Positions 26,299-36,834 of a DNA stretch of 64,000 nt are shown here, in pieces. Location: NCBI GenBank assembly GCA_032128375.1, contig JAQBGU010000012.1, forward strand, positions 1-64,000, read 5' to 3'. This DNA is from Deltaproteobacteria bacterium. Its GTDB lineage: Bacteria > Myxococcota_A > UBA9160 > SMWR01. The notes beneath the pieces were generated by a model. The model made no database searches, had not been told where the DNA came from, and worked only from the letters and a program-made list of their open reading frames with translations. Each line of letters begins with the position of its first letter. The stretch's first letter is position 1. The position numbers were made by a program, and so were the translations under genes.

Positions 26299-26337
26299 GT
26301 CGAATCGATACGCGGCACGCCTCGCGAGCGCTACCCT

Positions 26338-29300
26338 CTACGCTCCGAGATTCGCGAGCAGGTTCTTCGCAGCCGCGAACAGCGCTTCAGTGCCACCGGG
26401 CGGCACCTTCGCGTAGATTTTGTGGTCTGGCGCAACCCGCATACCGCCACCCGCCTGGTGGAGCAGGTTCAGCAACCGCTTCGGGTCGACGTTGCTCTGC
26501 TGCGCGGCGGTCAGGACAATTTCACCGTTCGATAGATCGACCGAAGCCACCCCAAGCCGTCTCGCGCGAATCTTCAATCGGATGACCTCGAACAGGTTCT
26601 CTGTTTCGGTGGGCAGTCCGCCGTAGCGATCCAAGAGTTCGTCACGGATGCGCTCGACCTCGCCATCGCCGCGACAGCTCGCCAACCGTTTGTACAAGAC
26701 GAGTCTCTGGCTGACGGCGCTCACGTAGTCGTCGGGCAGCCGCGCGCTGACCGGTAGCCGGATCTCCGGGTCGACCTCTGTTTCATGTGGCTTGCCGCGC
26801 AGCTCGTCCATCGTTGCCTCGAGCATCTCGAGGTAAGTCTCGTATCCGACTGCGGCCATATTGCCCGATTGTTCGTCGCCCAACAGGTCGCCCGCGCCGC
26901 GAATCTCGAGGTCCATGTTGGCCAATCGAAAGCCGCTTCCGAGCGCGCTGAGGTCCTGGATCGCCTCCAATCGACGTTTGGCGTCTTTGGTCAGCGAGTC
27001 CTCGCTGCCCGGAATCAACAGGTGCGCGTAGGCCCGCTGTGGGCTGCGCCCGACGCGTCCGCGCAATTGGTAGAGCTGCGCGAGCCCGAGCGCGTCGGCT
27101 CGGTTGATCATGATCGTATTCGCCCTTGGGATGTCGAGACCGCTTTCGATGATCGTCGTACACAACAGAACGTCTGCCTCACCGTGCATGAAGCGCAGCA
27201 TCCGGTCTTCGAGGTCGTGCTCCCTCATCTGTCCGTGCGCGACGATGATCTTCGCTTCGGGTACCACGCGTGCGAGGGTCTTGTGCATGGCCCCTATCGT
27301 CCGCACCCGGTTGTGGACGAAAAACACCTGTCCGCCGCGTCGAAGCTCCCGAAGAATCGCCTCGCGGATCAGTGATTCCGAAAACCGGGAAACCTGCGTT
27401 CGAATCGCGAGCCGATCCGCGGGCGGTGTATTGATCACCGACAGGTCGCGGAGGCCGGTGAACGCCATCTGCAGTGTGCGCGGGATGGGCGTAGCGGTCA
27501 GCGTCAAAACATCGACGGTCTTTTTCAGCTGCTTGATGCGCTCCTTGTGGGTGACACCGAATCGTTGTTCCTCGTCGACGACCAGCAGGCCCAGGTCACG
27601 AAAGCACACCTTCTTCTGCAAGAGCCGATGCGTGCCGATCACGATGTCGATTTTTCCGGCCGCGAGTCCTTCGACGACGGCCTTGGCTTCTTTCGCAGAA
27701 CGGAAGCGCGACAGCGACTCGATTACGATTGGATATCCTTCGAAGCGTTTGCGAAACGTCTCTTCATGCTGCTGACACAAAACGGTGGTAGGAACGAGGA
27801 CGGCAACCTGCTTGCCGTCCATAGCGACACGAAAGGCGGCGCGCACGGCTACTTCGGTCTTGCCGTAGCCGACATCGCCGCAGACGATGCGGTCCGACGG
27901 CTTCGCGCGTCGCAGATCATTGAGCACGTCCTCGATGGCCGCGGCCTGGTCGGGCGTCTCCTCGAACGGAAAGCGCGCTTCGAACTCCTCGAGGTAGCGG
28001 TCGCGTCCAGAAAAGGCGTGGCCCGGCGCCAACTCGCGTGCTGCGTGTAGAGAAATGAGCGACTGCGCCATATCTCGCAGCGTCTTCTTGACCGAATGCT
28101 TGGCCTTCGCCCAGCTGACCCCGCCCAGTTTGTCGATTCGTGGAGCATGTCCATCAGCGCCGCCGTAACGCGAAATCAGACTGAGTCGGTGCACCGGAAC
28201 GAACAGTCGATCGCCGCCTTCGTATTCGAGCCGCAGGAATTCGCTGATGATCGCGCCCAGTTCGAGTTCGACCAGACCTTGATAGATCCCGATGCCGTGC
28301 TCGCTGTGGACCAGGTAATCGCCGCGCTCGAGCTGGGCGAGCGCTTCGACGCTGGCGCCCTCGGGCCAGTCGCGCCGCACGCGTCGCGTCGGTTCTCGCG
28401 GCCCGAAGATCTCCTCCTCGGTCACGACCGCGAGCAGTTCGATGGGCAATGTGAAGCCCTCTGACAACGCCGTCGGAAGGACCTCCACGCGTCGCGGCGA
28501 GGACCACTGCGGCGCCGGGCGGACGTTTCGGGAGATGCGGGCGTCGATCCCGTACTCGCTCAATAGGTGCCGCAGCCGTTCGGCGCCGGACAACGACGAC
28601 GCGGACAACACGACTCGCCAGTCTGCCTCGCACCAGCGTCGGATCGCGTCCGCTAGGGGTTTCAGCGCGCGTTCACTCAATCGCGATTTGACGAGTTCCC
28701 GGCGCAACGCGTCGTGGCCGCGTGTGCGCAACACGATGCGTTGGGTCTTGGCTGCTTGTTCGGCGATGTCCAGTCGCTCGAGCCAAACAGGGTTGCGCTG
28801 CGTCACGCCGCGCTCGAGTTCTTCGGGTGACAGCGAAAGGTCGCCCGGGGGCGACACCACGCGCCCACTTTCTTTGGCGACGTCGAAATGATTGAATGCG
28901 TCGGACGTGTATCGGGTCAGGCGTTCTCGGCCGGCATCGGGATCGTCGACGAAAATCATCGTGTCGTCGGGCAGGTAGTCAAAGACGGTCTCGAGACTCG
29001 GCTGCAGCAGCGGTGCCAAGGCTTCGGCGCCCGGTGGGATGTGACCGCGCAACAGTGAATCGAGTAGCTCATCGACGTCGCGGTTCGGCACCTGTTGTTC
29101 GCGTGCCAGTTCGCGGATCGCCTCGGAGCGATCGATCGTCAGGGAGCGGCTCAGTAGCAGCTCTCGTGGCGGCGGTGCCACAGCGTACGAGAGCGAATCC
29201 CGGGACCGCTGGGTGGCAGCGTCGAATTCGCGGATCGACTCGAGATCGTCGCCGAGCAGCTCGACACGAATGGGAAACTGCCGATGAGGCGGAAAGATAT

Positions 29301-29907
29301 CCAGAATGCCTCCGCGCACTGCGAACTCGCCACGCTCTTCGACCAGCGACATGCGCGAATAACCGGCAGCGACCAGCGTCGCGATGAGCGCATCGCGATC
29401 GATGACCTGTCCGACCTCGAGATGCACGGTACGCGCGCGAACGACCTCTCTCGCGGGCACCCGCCCCGCCAACGCAGTCCACGGTGTGATGACGATCGGC
29501 GCCGGTTCCGCGCGGCTCTCGGGGCTGGCACTCGAGAGCCAGCGGTAAAGCACGGCCATTCGCTGTGCGACCAGAAACGGCTGAGGGGAAAAACGCTCGT
29601 AGGGCTGCGTGTCGTAGCGGGGGAAGGAGCAGATTCGACCACCCTCGGCGGGCTCCCCGAGCGCTGCCTGCAGGTCCGTTGCGAACGCGTCGCCCAACTT
29701 GGCATTCGGGACCACAATGAGCGCCGGCCTTTGGCCGTGATCGATCAGCAAGTGCGCGGCCACCACCGCGCGTGCAGCACCGCGCAGCCCCGTCAAGCGC
29801 ACGACGCCGGTGCTGTCGGCAACGCGTCGCGCGACTTCGGCGAGGCTGTCGGGCGGGGGCGCCTGTGCGCTGGTCTCTCGCGGTTCTTTGTCGATGGGGT
29901 ACTTCAT
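26338..29907 (-). CDS. mfd: Transcription-repair coupling factor
   Basis: GEFAVRGGILD, HGIGIYQG, CGDVGYGKTEVA, DEEQRFGV, QLYQLRGRVGRS, DLEIRGAG. Confidence 0.98.
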   Translation of the reverse strand: MKYPIDKEPRETSAQAPPPDSLAEVARRVADSTGVVRLTGLRGAARAVVAAHLLIDHGQRPALIVVPNAKLGDAFATDLQAALGEPAEGGRICSFPRYDTQPYERFSPQPFLVAQRMAVLYRWLSSASPESRAEPAPIVITPWTALAGRVPAREVVRARTVHLEVGQVIDRDALIATLVAAGYSRMSLVEERGEFAVRGGILDIFPPHRQFPIRVELLGDDLESIREFDAATQRSRDSLSYAVAPPPRELLLSRSLTIDRSEAIRELAREQQVPNRDVDELLDSLLRGHIPPGAEALAPLLQPSLETVFDYLPDDTMIFVDDPDAGRERLTRYTSDAFNHFDVAKESGRVVSPPGDLSLSPEELERGVTQRNPVWLERLDIAEQAAKTQRIVLRTRGHDALRRELVKSRLSERALKPLADAIRRWCEADWRVVLSASSLSGAERLRHLLSEYGIDARISRNVRPAPQWSSPRRVEVLPTALSEGFTLPIELLAVVTEEEIFGPREPTRRVRRDWPEGASVEALAQLERGDYLVHSEHGIGIYQGLVELELGAIISEFLRLEYEGGDRLFVPVHRLSLISRYGGADGHAPRIDKLGGVSWAKAKHSVKKTLRDMAQSLISLHAARELAPGHAFSGRDRYLEEFEARFPFEETPDQAAAIEDVLNDLRRAKPSDRIVCGDVGYGKTEVAVRAAFRVAMDGKQVAVLVPTTVLCQQHEETFRKRFEGYPIVIESLSRFRSAKEAKAVVEGLAAGKIDIVIGTHRLLQKKVCFRDLGLLVVDEEQRFGVTHKERIKQLKKTVDVLTLTATPIPRTLQMAFTGLRDLSVINTPPADRLAIRTQVSRFSESLIREAILRELRRGGQVFFVHNRVRTIGAMHKTLARVVPEAKIIVAHGQMREHDLEDRMLRFMHGEADVLLCTTIIESGLDIPRANTIMINRADALGLAQLYQLRGRVGRSPQRAYAHLLIPGSEDSLTKDAKRRLEAIQDLSALGSGFRLANMDLEIRGAGDLLGDEQSGNMAAVGYETYLEMLEATMDELRGKPHETEVDPEIRLPVSARLPDDYVSAVSQRLVLYKRLASCRGDGEVERIRDELLDRYGGLPTETENLFEVIRLKIRARRLGVASVDLSNGEIVLTAAQQSNVDPKRLLNLLHQAGGGMRVAPDHKIYAKVPPGGTEALFAAAKNLLANLGA

Positions 29908-30238
29908 CTGGGTCCGATTCTGGGATCCGAACGTTCGCTACGCGCAGAAATCCCCGCCGCCCCGGCAAATGACCGGGGGTGCGAGCAAGCCACAAGTGTA
30001 GCGTCGCGCGCGAAGTGATCTCGGCTACCAGCAGCGCGGTAGGCATCGGCGTACCCAGGGTAAGACTGCAGCCCGATCGCGGATCGCCGCGGCCAGTATG
30101 CCATTTGCGCTGCTGCCGCCAGCTATCACTGGGCTAAGCTCATCGTCCGCAGCCACCCATCGTTCAACGCAACCCGCTTGGAAACCCTCTCGGGAACTCC
30201 TTCCAGTGGTACCTTCACTGTTGCCCCAAAGGAAAACC

Positions 30239-30811
30239 GTGAATCACCGACGAGCGGGCTTTGCCTCAGTGATGTTCTTCATTTTCGCGCTGGCGACCGA
30301 CGCGGGTGCTGAGGTTTCTGAGTCCAAGAAAAAGTTGATCCAAGAACTCCTCGGGATCTCCGGCAGTGCGTCGATGCCGGAGCTGATGGCCGAACAGCAG
30401 ACCTATGTCGAGCTGATGCGGATTCGCCCGAGTTATCAGCCGATGATGGAATTCGCCGTTTCGGAACAACGAGATTTGTCGAAGGAAGAACAGCAGAAGC
30501 TGCTCGAGAAGCTCGTAGATTTCGAGGCGTTTGCAGCCACGTTTCGAACCAGATTCATGGAGCGCTTGAATTTTTCGAAGATCGTCGCGGAGATCTACTA
30601 TCCGCTGTACGACGAAGTGTTCAGCGAAGATGACCTTTCGAAGATGCTCGAGTTCTATCGCACCCCGGTCGGACGCAAGACGATCGAATCCATGCCGGGA
30701 ATCATGCAGCAGGCCTCGGAGGGGATCGATCGAATCGTGCGGCCGGCGGCCATCGAGGTGATTCAGAGCATCGTGGCAGACGAGAGGGAGAAATTGTATC
30801 CCCGACCCTGA
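30239..30811 (+). CDS. Exported DUF2059-like protein
   Basis: Signal peptide; YDEVFSEDDLSKMLEFYRTPVGRK; GTG start after AAAGGA. Confidence 0.75.
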   Translation: MNHRRAGFASVMFFIFALATDAGAEVSESKKKLIQELLGISGSASMPELMAEQQTYVELMRIRPSYQPMMEFAVSEQRDLSKEEQQKLLEKLVDFEAFAATFRTRFMERLNFSKIVAEIYYPLYDEVFSEDDLSKMLEFYRTPVGRKTIESMPGIMQQASEGIDRIVRPAAIEVIQSIVADEREKLYPRP

Positions 30812-31039
30812 CCTCGAGTCATGAACCCGGATCCTCGGTCTATGACTCAGCGGCGCCGGCTTTCCGAGCACGGGACGGTCTGCGACCACAGGGGCTCTGG
30901 CTTGCTGTGCCGCAGGCCTGTCGGACGCTTTGAGGCGGGTGGGTCGACAGGCTCTCCAAATCCCGTATCATCCCGCGCCTTTTGCGTTTTCCGTCCAGCG
31001 ATCGCGTAGTCGGCTGACGGGGCGCCAGTGGAGACCCGC

Positions 31040-31678
31040 GTGGCTATAGAACTGATGTGCCGAAAAATCGGTATGACCCAGATTTTCGACGAAAGTGGTG
31101 ATGCTGTCGGTGTGACAGTGCTCGATGCCAGCGCCAATACCGTCGTACAGAAGAAAACCGAGAAAAATGACGGATATACGAGCCTGCAGCTCGGTTTCGG
31201 TGAGCGTCGAGCGTCGCGGACCCCGAAAGGGGAGCTCGGCCACTTCGAGAAGGCGGGGGTCGCGCCGAAGCGGCATCTCGTCGAATCGCGGGTCACACCC
31301 GAGGTCGCCGACCAGTACGAGGTCGGGTCAGAGATCCAGGCCGGAATCTTCGAGGTGGGTCAGCACGTCGATGTGATCGGCAAATCAAAGGGCCGGGGCA
31401 CGACGGGTGTTGTTACGCGCCACAATGTTGCGGTCAAGCGACGTACCCACGGCACCCACGAGGCGTTCCGGCACGCGGGCTCGATCGGTGCGGGCAGCTA
31501 TCCGGGCCGGGTCATCAAGGGCATGGGGATGGCGGGCCGAATGGGCAATACCCGCGAGACGAGCCTGAACCTGACGGTAGTCAAGATCGACTCTGAGCGG
31601 AGTTTGCTCTACATCCGCGGTGCAGTCCCGGGCCACAAGAATGCGATCGTTCGGGTCCGCGAAAGCATAAAGGGCTAG
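31040..31678 (+). CDS. rplC: 50S ribosomal protein L3 (orphan)
   Basis: KIGMTQIF, DGYTSLQLG, SKGRG, GSIG, PGRVIKG, GAVPG; GTG after GGAG. Confidence 0.95.
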   Translation: MAIELMCRKIGMTQIFDESGDAVGVTVLDASANTVVQKKTEKNDGYTSLQLGFGERRASRTPKGELGHFEKAGVAPKRHLVESRVTPEVADQYEVGSEIQAGIFEVGQHVDVIGKSKGRGTTGVVTRHNVAVKRRTHGTHEAFRHAGSIGAGSYPGRVIKGMGMAGRMGNTRETSLNLTVVKIDSERSLLYIRGAVPGHKNAIVRVRESIKG

Positions 31679-31847
31679 CCCGCATTATCGCCACTGACGT
31701 CCCGTATCCCCGCCACTGACGTGTCCTATCCGGCTTGCGAGGCGGGTCTTTCGCAAAGAGCACTCGGAAAGCTTTCCGCAAAGAACGTTCCCCAGGAACT
31801 TGGGTGAAAAGCGAAATGGCTTACTCGGTTCCAGACGCGAGCTGGTT

Positions 31848-32501
31848 TTGTCGACCTACGATCGCAAAGATCATTTTCATCAGCGCGCGAAACGCGAGGG
31901 CTATCGGTCCCGCGCTGCCTACAAGCTGCTCGAAATCCAGAAGTCCCAGCAGCTGCTGCGCGACGGAATGAAGGTCGTCGACCTCGGATGCTGGCCGGGT
32001 GGCTGGCTTCAAGTAGCGTCGGAGGCGGTCGGACCGGGAGGCCGGGTCGTCGGTGTCGATCTGGCCACCGTGGATCCGCCTCTCAGCAATGAGAACGTGA
32101 TCTCATTGTCGGTCGATATCATGCAACCGGCGGTAATCAAAGAAATTTTGGACGCGCTGGGGGGAAGCGCGGACGTACTGCTGTGCGACGCAGCCCCAAA
32201 ACTGACGGGTATTCGACCAACAGATCATGCACGCGAAGGCGCGCTACTGGCAAGTGTCGAGGCGCTGGTACCCGCGCTACTTCGAGCGAGCGGTACGCTG
32301 TTGATCAAAATTCTCGATGGACCCGACGCGATGAAGGTGGACCGCCGGCTCCGAACCGGTTTCGATTCCGCAAAGACCTTGAAGCCGAAGGCGAGTCGGC
32401 GCGGATCGACCGAGCGTTACCTGTTCGCAAAGGGTTACAAACTGGCTTCCCCTGAGATTGGGGCCACCCACCATGACGTTCGAATAGGAGAGATGCCGTG
32501 A
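31848..32501 (+). CDS. rlmE: 23S rRNA Um2552 2'-O-methyltransferase
   Basis: [23 protein letters not shown] tetrad (AYK, CDAAP, IKI, STERY). Confidence 0.92.
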   Translation: MSTYDRKDHFHQRAKREGYRSRAAYKLLEIQKSQQLLRDGMKVVDLGCWPGGWLQVASEAVGPGGRVVGVDLATVDPPLSNENVISLSVDIMQPAVIKEILDALGGSADVLLCDAAPKLTGIRPTDHAREGALLASVEALVPALLRASGTLLIKILDGPDAMKVDRRLRTGFDSAKTLKPKASRRGSTERYLFAKGYKLASPEIGATHHDVRIGEMP

Positions 32502-32977
32502 GCGACCGACCTTTTAAAGTCCTGGGAATTCAACAGATCGCTGTGGGCGCGATCGACAAGGCTCCGTTGCGCCAGATTTGGATCGACATGCTGGGGCTCG
32601 AGATTTCCGGCGAGTTCATCAGCGAGTCAGAGAATGTGAACGAGGATATCGCGGTGGCAGGTTCCGGCCCGCTGAAGGTCGAAGTTGATTTGATGCAACC
32701 GATCGATCCGGACAAGCGGCCCAAGGTTCACGAACCTGCACTGAACCACGTCGGCTTGTGGATCGACGACCTCGCTGCTGCGGTCGGCTGGCTGGAGTCC
32801 AATGGTGTGCGCTTTACACCGGGTGGAATACGCAAGGGTGGCTCGGGGTTCGACGTATGCTTCATTCATCCCAAGGCCAGTGAGGCGTCGCCGATTGGTG
32901 GCGCGGGTGTGCTGATCGAGCTCGTACAAGCCCCTGACGAGGTCCGCAAAGCATTTGCGAAGCTCGCGGCAGTATGA
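32498..32977 (+). CDS. VOC/glyoxalase family (methylmalonyl-CoA epimerase-like)
   Basis: [30 protein letters not shown]. Confidence 0.85.
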   Translation: MSDRPFKVLGIQQIAVGAIDKAPLRQIWIDMLGLEISGEFISESENVNEDIAVAGSGPLKVEVDLMQPIDPDKRPKVHEPALNHVGLWIDDLAAAVGWLESNGVRFTPGGIRKGGSGFDVCFIHPKASEASPIGGAGVLIELVQAPDEVRKAFAKLAAV

Positions 32978-32990
32978 TCGGCCGACAATC

Positions 32991-33461
32991 ATGAGAGAAC
33001 CGGATCGAGAGATCAACGTCGATCACCGCGTGCCGTCCGATGGACTGCGCAAGCTGCTCAGCGGGCGACCCCATTGGATGAATGGCCTGATGCTGTTCTG
33101 CCTCTTCATGACGTTCATCTATGTGCCGTGGGACATCTTCATCAAGCCGGTCGAGGTCGATCAGGAAGTCTGGTTCGGAATCATGTTTACCGGCTGGGCG
33201 GCGAAGCTCACCGCGATCCCGCACTGGGGGGTCTATGCTGCGGGTGCCTACGGCTTTTGGAAGATGGCCGGCTGGATGTGGCCATGGGCGGCCGCATACG
33301 CGGCGCAAGTCGCGATCGGTATGGCGGTCTGGGCATTGCTCCAACCCGGCAGTGCGATCGTCGCGTTGGTCTCGTTCATTCCATTCGCGGTCTTGACCTG
33401 GGCGGTCTTGACCTGGGCGCTATGGAACTCGCGCCCCCGGTTCGGCACCTGGAGCAAATGA
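32991..33461 (+). CDS. Hypothetical membrane protein
   Basis: Trp-rich TM segments; coupled to the next gene; internal 15-nt duplication (VLTWA x2). Confidence 0.7.
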   Translation: MREPDREINVDHRVPSDGLRKLLSGRPHWMNGLMLFCLFMTFIYVPWDIFIKPVEVDQEVWFGIMFTGWAAKLTAIPHWGVYAAGAYGFWKMAGWMWPWAAAYAAQVAIGMAVWALLQPGSAIVALVSFIPFAVLTWAVLTWALWNSRPRFGTWSK

Positions 33462-33886
33462 TGGCACGCGCATACTGGTTGGTGAAATCCGAGCCCGACA
33501 AGTACTCGTGGGACGACCTCGTGAGAGACGGATCGACCCACTGGGATGGGGTCCGCAACGCCCAGGCGCGCAACAACCTGATGGCGATGAAAGTCGGTGA
33601 TGCGGTGCTGTACTACCACTCCCAAATTGGAAAGGAAGTCGTGGGTATCGCAAAGGTCTCGAAGGCTTCGTATGCGGACCCGGCGACCGATGATGATCGC
33701 TGGGTCGTGGTGGATCTCGAGCCGGTTATGCCGCTCGCCGTGCCCGTCACACTGGCGCAGGTCAAGGCAGACGCGAAGTTGCTGAAGGTTCCGCTGGTGA
33801 CGCATTCGCGGTTGTCGGTGATGCCAATCGAGAAACCTGCGTTCGAGCGGATCCTCAAGCTTGGGAAGACGCCGATTCGCGGCTGA
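33458..33886 (+). CDS. EVE domain protein
   Basis: YWLVKSEP, WDGVRNAQARN, YYHS, SRLSVMP. Confidence 0.93.
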   Translation: MMARAYWLVKSEPDKYSWDDLVRDGSTHWDGVRNAQARNNLMAMKVGDAVLYYHSQIGKEVVGIAKVSKASYADPATDDDRWVVVDLEPVMPLAVPVTLAQVKADAKLLKVPLVTHSRLSVMPIEKPAFERILKLGKTPIRG

Positions 33887-34022
33887 CGGACGTCTCTGCG
33901 CTGCCAGGCAATCGATGCGGCCCACTGCCGCCCGCTACAGCCGATCACTGCCGATTACAATTCAACTACAGCGGGCCAGTTTGCAGCTAAACCATGCAGC
34001 TAAACCAACGGAGGCAACAGGC

Positions 34023-34661
34023 GTGCCGGAGTTCGACATCGAAGCGATCGGAGAGGATCTTCCGCTCCTCGAAGGGATTCGCACGGCTCGAGCCATTCGG
34101 CGTCTCAAGCCGGACGCGGTGCCCAATGAGTTGATTCGCAAGGTCTGCGAGGCCGGAACTTTTGCGCCGAGCGGTGGCAACCGCCAACCGTGGGTCTTCG
34201 TTGTCGTCACCGACCCGGAGCGACGAGCGTGGGTTGCGGAGCGCTACCGCAAGGCATTTCACGTCTACATCGCACCGGCATTGAAAGCTGCTGAAGCGAC
34301 AGATTTTCCCGCCGCGGGCCGCCGCAATATGCACGCCGCGCTGCACTTGGCGGATCATCTGCACGAAGCGCCGGTCCACCTGTTCATCGCGGGCCGGAGC
34401 CGCCGCAGCGAACCGCAGGTGCAGGCGTTGTACCCATGCGCGCAAAATGTCCTGCTCGCGTGCCGCGCGGTGGGCCTCGGCGCCTCATTGACGACGATGC
34501 ACATGTCGTTCAGAGAAGAACTCGACGCGTGGCTCAGGCTTCCGGAGAACACTCCAACGTGCGCGCTATTGCCGATCGGCTGGCCGCTCGGCCGGTTCGG
34601 AAGGCCACCGAGGCGCAGCGTGGACAGCTGCCTGCACTACGAACAGTACACGGAGCCGTGA
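34023..34661 (+). CDS. Nitroreductase family protein
   Basis: RAIRRL, APSGGNRQPWVF, QNVLLACRAVGLG, PIGWP. Confidence 0.9.
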   Translation: MPEFDIEAIGEDLPLLEGIRTARAIRRLKPDAVPNELIRKVCEAGTFAPSGGNRQPWVFVVVTDPERRAWVAERYRKAFHVYIAPALKAAEATDFPAAGRRNMHAALHLADHLHEAPVHLFIAGRSRRSEPQVQALYPCAQNVLLACRAVGLGASLTTMHMSFREELDAWLRLPENTPTCALLPIGWPLGRFGRPPRRSVDSCLHYEQYTEP

Positions 34662-34770
34662 TCGGGCGAATACCGCTTCCCGCGAACGGACGCGCGCCGT
34701 AGTTGACCCGACGAATCGAGTCTTCCGTTGTGAACTGGCGAACGCGGCTGGTTGGCGCCGCTTGCGTCTC

Positions 34771-35265
34771 TTATTCAAGCATATAGGCCGATGCCAACGC
34801 GTCCGCGTACTCGTTCCAGCGCGAGCCATCGTGTGCCTTGATCCACTCGAGTGTGACGTCTGGGTGCGCCTGGGCGAGCGTATAGAGGTTCTGCACCAGC
34901 TCGAGGTTAGCGATCGGGCCCGACTTGCGCCGCCAGCCGCGCTTTTCCCAGCCCGCCGCCCACTCATTGACGGTCTTCACACAGAGTTGACTGTCTGAAT
35001 ACACAGTCACCATGCAGTCCGTCGGCAGCGCTCCGTATGCGGCGATCAACGCGGCGAGTTCCATCCGGTTGTTGGTGGTGTCAGCGTCGACGCCACGCTC
35101 TTCGCGGATGATTTCATTGTCTTCGACCCAGACAAAACCCCACCCCCCAGGCCCCGGGTTTCCCTCGCAAGAACCATCGGTGAACACACCGGTTGTGGGT
35201 CCCCCGGAAAAGCGCTGGAGCACCTCGTCGGTGTTCAGAACCTCCACGCCGCCGCGATTGCTCAT
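34771..35265 (-). CDS. rnhA: Ribonuclease HI
   Basis: FTDGSCEGNPGPGGWG, TTNNRMEL, DS, WIKAH, NEYADALA. Confidence 0.95.
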   Translation of the reverse strand: MSNRGGVEVLNTDEVLQRFSGGPTTGVFTDGSCEGNPGPGGWGFVWVEDNEIIREERGVDADTTNNRMELAALIAAYGALPTDCMVTVYSDSQLCVKTVNEWAAGWEKRGWRRKSGPIANLELVQNLYTLAQAHPDVTLEWIKAHDGSRWNEYADALASAYMLE

Positions 35266-35313
35266 CCAACCCCCCGATCGATCTGTCTGTAGCGAGTCTC
35301 GGCGAACCGCGAC

Positions 35314-36462
35314 TCAGTTCTTTACCACGGCGCCGGAATCTTGGCTCGCGTACTCCGAGAGGAAACGATCGCGGTGTTCTGAGAACCGGTTGGCGATGAT
35401 GGCCTCGCGCGCGTCGCGGACCAGCTTCTGATAGAAGTGCAGGTTGTGGATCGTGGTCAGAACTGCCGAGAGAACCTCGTTGGCGGCGAACAAGTGGTGG
35501 AGATACGCACGCGAGAAGCCCTCTGCACACGCCCGGCAATCGCACGAGGGGTCGATCGGGTAGCCGTCCCGGCGATAGCGACGGTTGGTCAGGCGGATCC
35601 GGCCTCGGGATGTGAATGCGGTTGCACTGCGCGCATAGCGGGTGGGGATCACGCAATCGAACATGTCCATCCCGGCGCCGATCGCAGCCAGTAAGTCTTC
35701 CGGTAGGCCGACGCCCATCAGGTAGCGGGGCTTATTTTCCGGAAGCAGTGGCGCGGTATGTTCGGTCACCTCGCACAGTAGTTCGTGCCCTTCTCCGACC
35801 GATACCCCGCCGATCGCATAGCCCGGCAGGTCGAGCGCCACCAACGACTCTGCGCACGAGGTCCGCAAGCCGAGATCGACGCCTCCCTGCACGATGCCGA
35901 ACAATGCCTGGCTCGCCTCGTGACCTGCGTGGGTCTTCGCGCAACGATCGATCCAACCCAGCGTCCGCCGCACCCCCGTCCGCAGCGTGTTGGCGTCGGC
36001 CGGAAACGGCGAGCACTCGTCGAACGCCATGATGATATCCGCTCCGAGCTGGTGTTGGATCTCGATCGAACGTTCTGGGGAGAGATCCATCGCCGACCCG
36101 TCGATGGGGTTCTTGAAGCGGACGCCTCGATCTTCGATTTCCACATTCGGCAACGAGAAGACCTGGAAGCCCCCGCTGTCGGTCAGGATCGGTCCATCCC
36201 ACTTCATGAAATCGTGTAGGCCGCCGAGTTTCGCCACGAGACCCTCACCCGGCCTTAGCGCGAGGTGGTAGGTGTTCGATAGCAGAACCTGTGACCCGCT
36301 TTCGCGCACCTGCGAAGGCATCAACGCCTTGACAGCTCCGTGCGTGCCGACCGGCATGAAACACGGTGTGACAAACGTGCCGTGCGGTGTCGAAAATGAT
36401 CCGGCACGCGCCGCTCCGCTACGCGCTTCTAGCGAGAACTGGAACGCACGCGCATCGGCCAT
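35314..36462 (-). CDS. tgt: tRNA-guanine transglycosylase
   Basis: TPCFMPVGT, SNTYHL, TDSGGFQVFS, PRYLMGVG, DMFDCV, CDCRAC. Confidence 0.96.
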   Translation of the reverse strand: MADARAFQFSLEARSGAARAGSFSTPHGTFVTPCFMPVGTHGAVKALMPSQVRESGSQVLLSNTYHLALRPGEGLVAKLGGLHDFMKWDGPILTDSGGFQVFSLPNVEIEDRGVRFKNPIDGSAMDLSPERSIEIQHQLGADIIMAFDECSPFPADANTLRTGVRRTLGWIDRCAKTHAGHEASQALFGIVQGGVDLGLRTSCAESLVALDLPGYAIGGVSVGEGHELLCEVTEHTAPLLPENKPRYLMGVGLPEDLLAAIGAGMDMFDCVIPTRYARSATAFTSRGRIRLTNRRYRRDGYPIDPSCDCRACAEGFSRAYLHHLFAANEVLSAVLTTIHNLHFYQKLVRDAREAIIANRFSEHRDRFLSEYASQDSGAVVKN

Positions 36463-36549
36463 CGGCCATTCCGGTCCGAGGTTGAGTCGGGGTTGTTGGG
36501 GGTTCTCGAGGTAGTTGGTGTTGGTGGTAGACGGTGTGGAACAAGCGCG

Positions 36550-36678
36550 CTAGCGGTAGGACTTGCGCTCACCGCTGCTTCTCCGGCGACGCACCCGCTC
36601 GTGTTTTTTCTTCAGTTTTGCTCGGTGGTGCGCGGACTTACCGCGATTGCGATGCGGCAGGGTTTTTGATTTCTTCAC
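36550..36678 (-). CDS. Small very basic protein, 42 aa (not in the ORF track)
   Basis: GTG...TAG gives MKKSKTLPHRNRGKSAHHRAKLKKKHERVRRRRSSGERKSYR; GGAG 7 nt upstream; fills an otherwise empty intergenic gap. Confidence 0.7.
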   Translation of the reverse strand: MKKSKTLPHRNRGKSAHHRAKLKKKHERVRRRRSSGERKSYR

Positions 36679-36834
36679 GCGACGCTCCGAAACAGGGGTG
36701 GGCTACCGGTCAAAGGCCGGAAGGCCGGAAGAAGGAAATGCGGAGCCTATAGAAAGCAGCGGGATGTGTCCATCCCGGTGCCGGGCCGCCAGCGGCGGCT
36801 ATCCTGGGCCTCTGATGGGGAGCCCGGAGCGATC

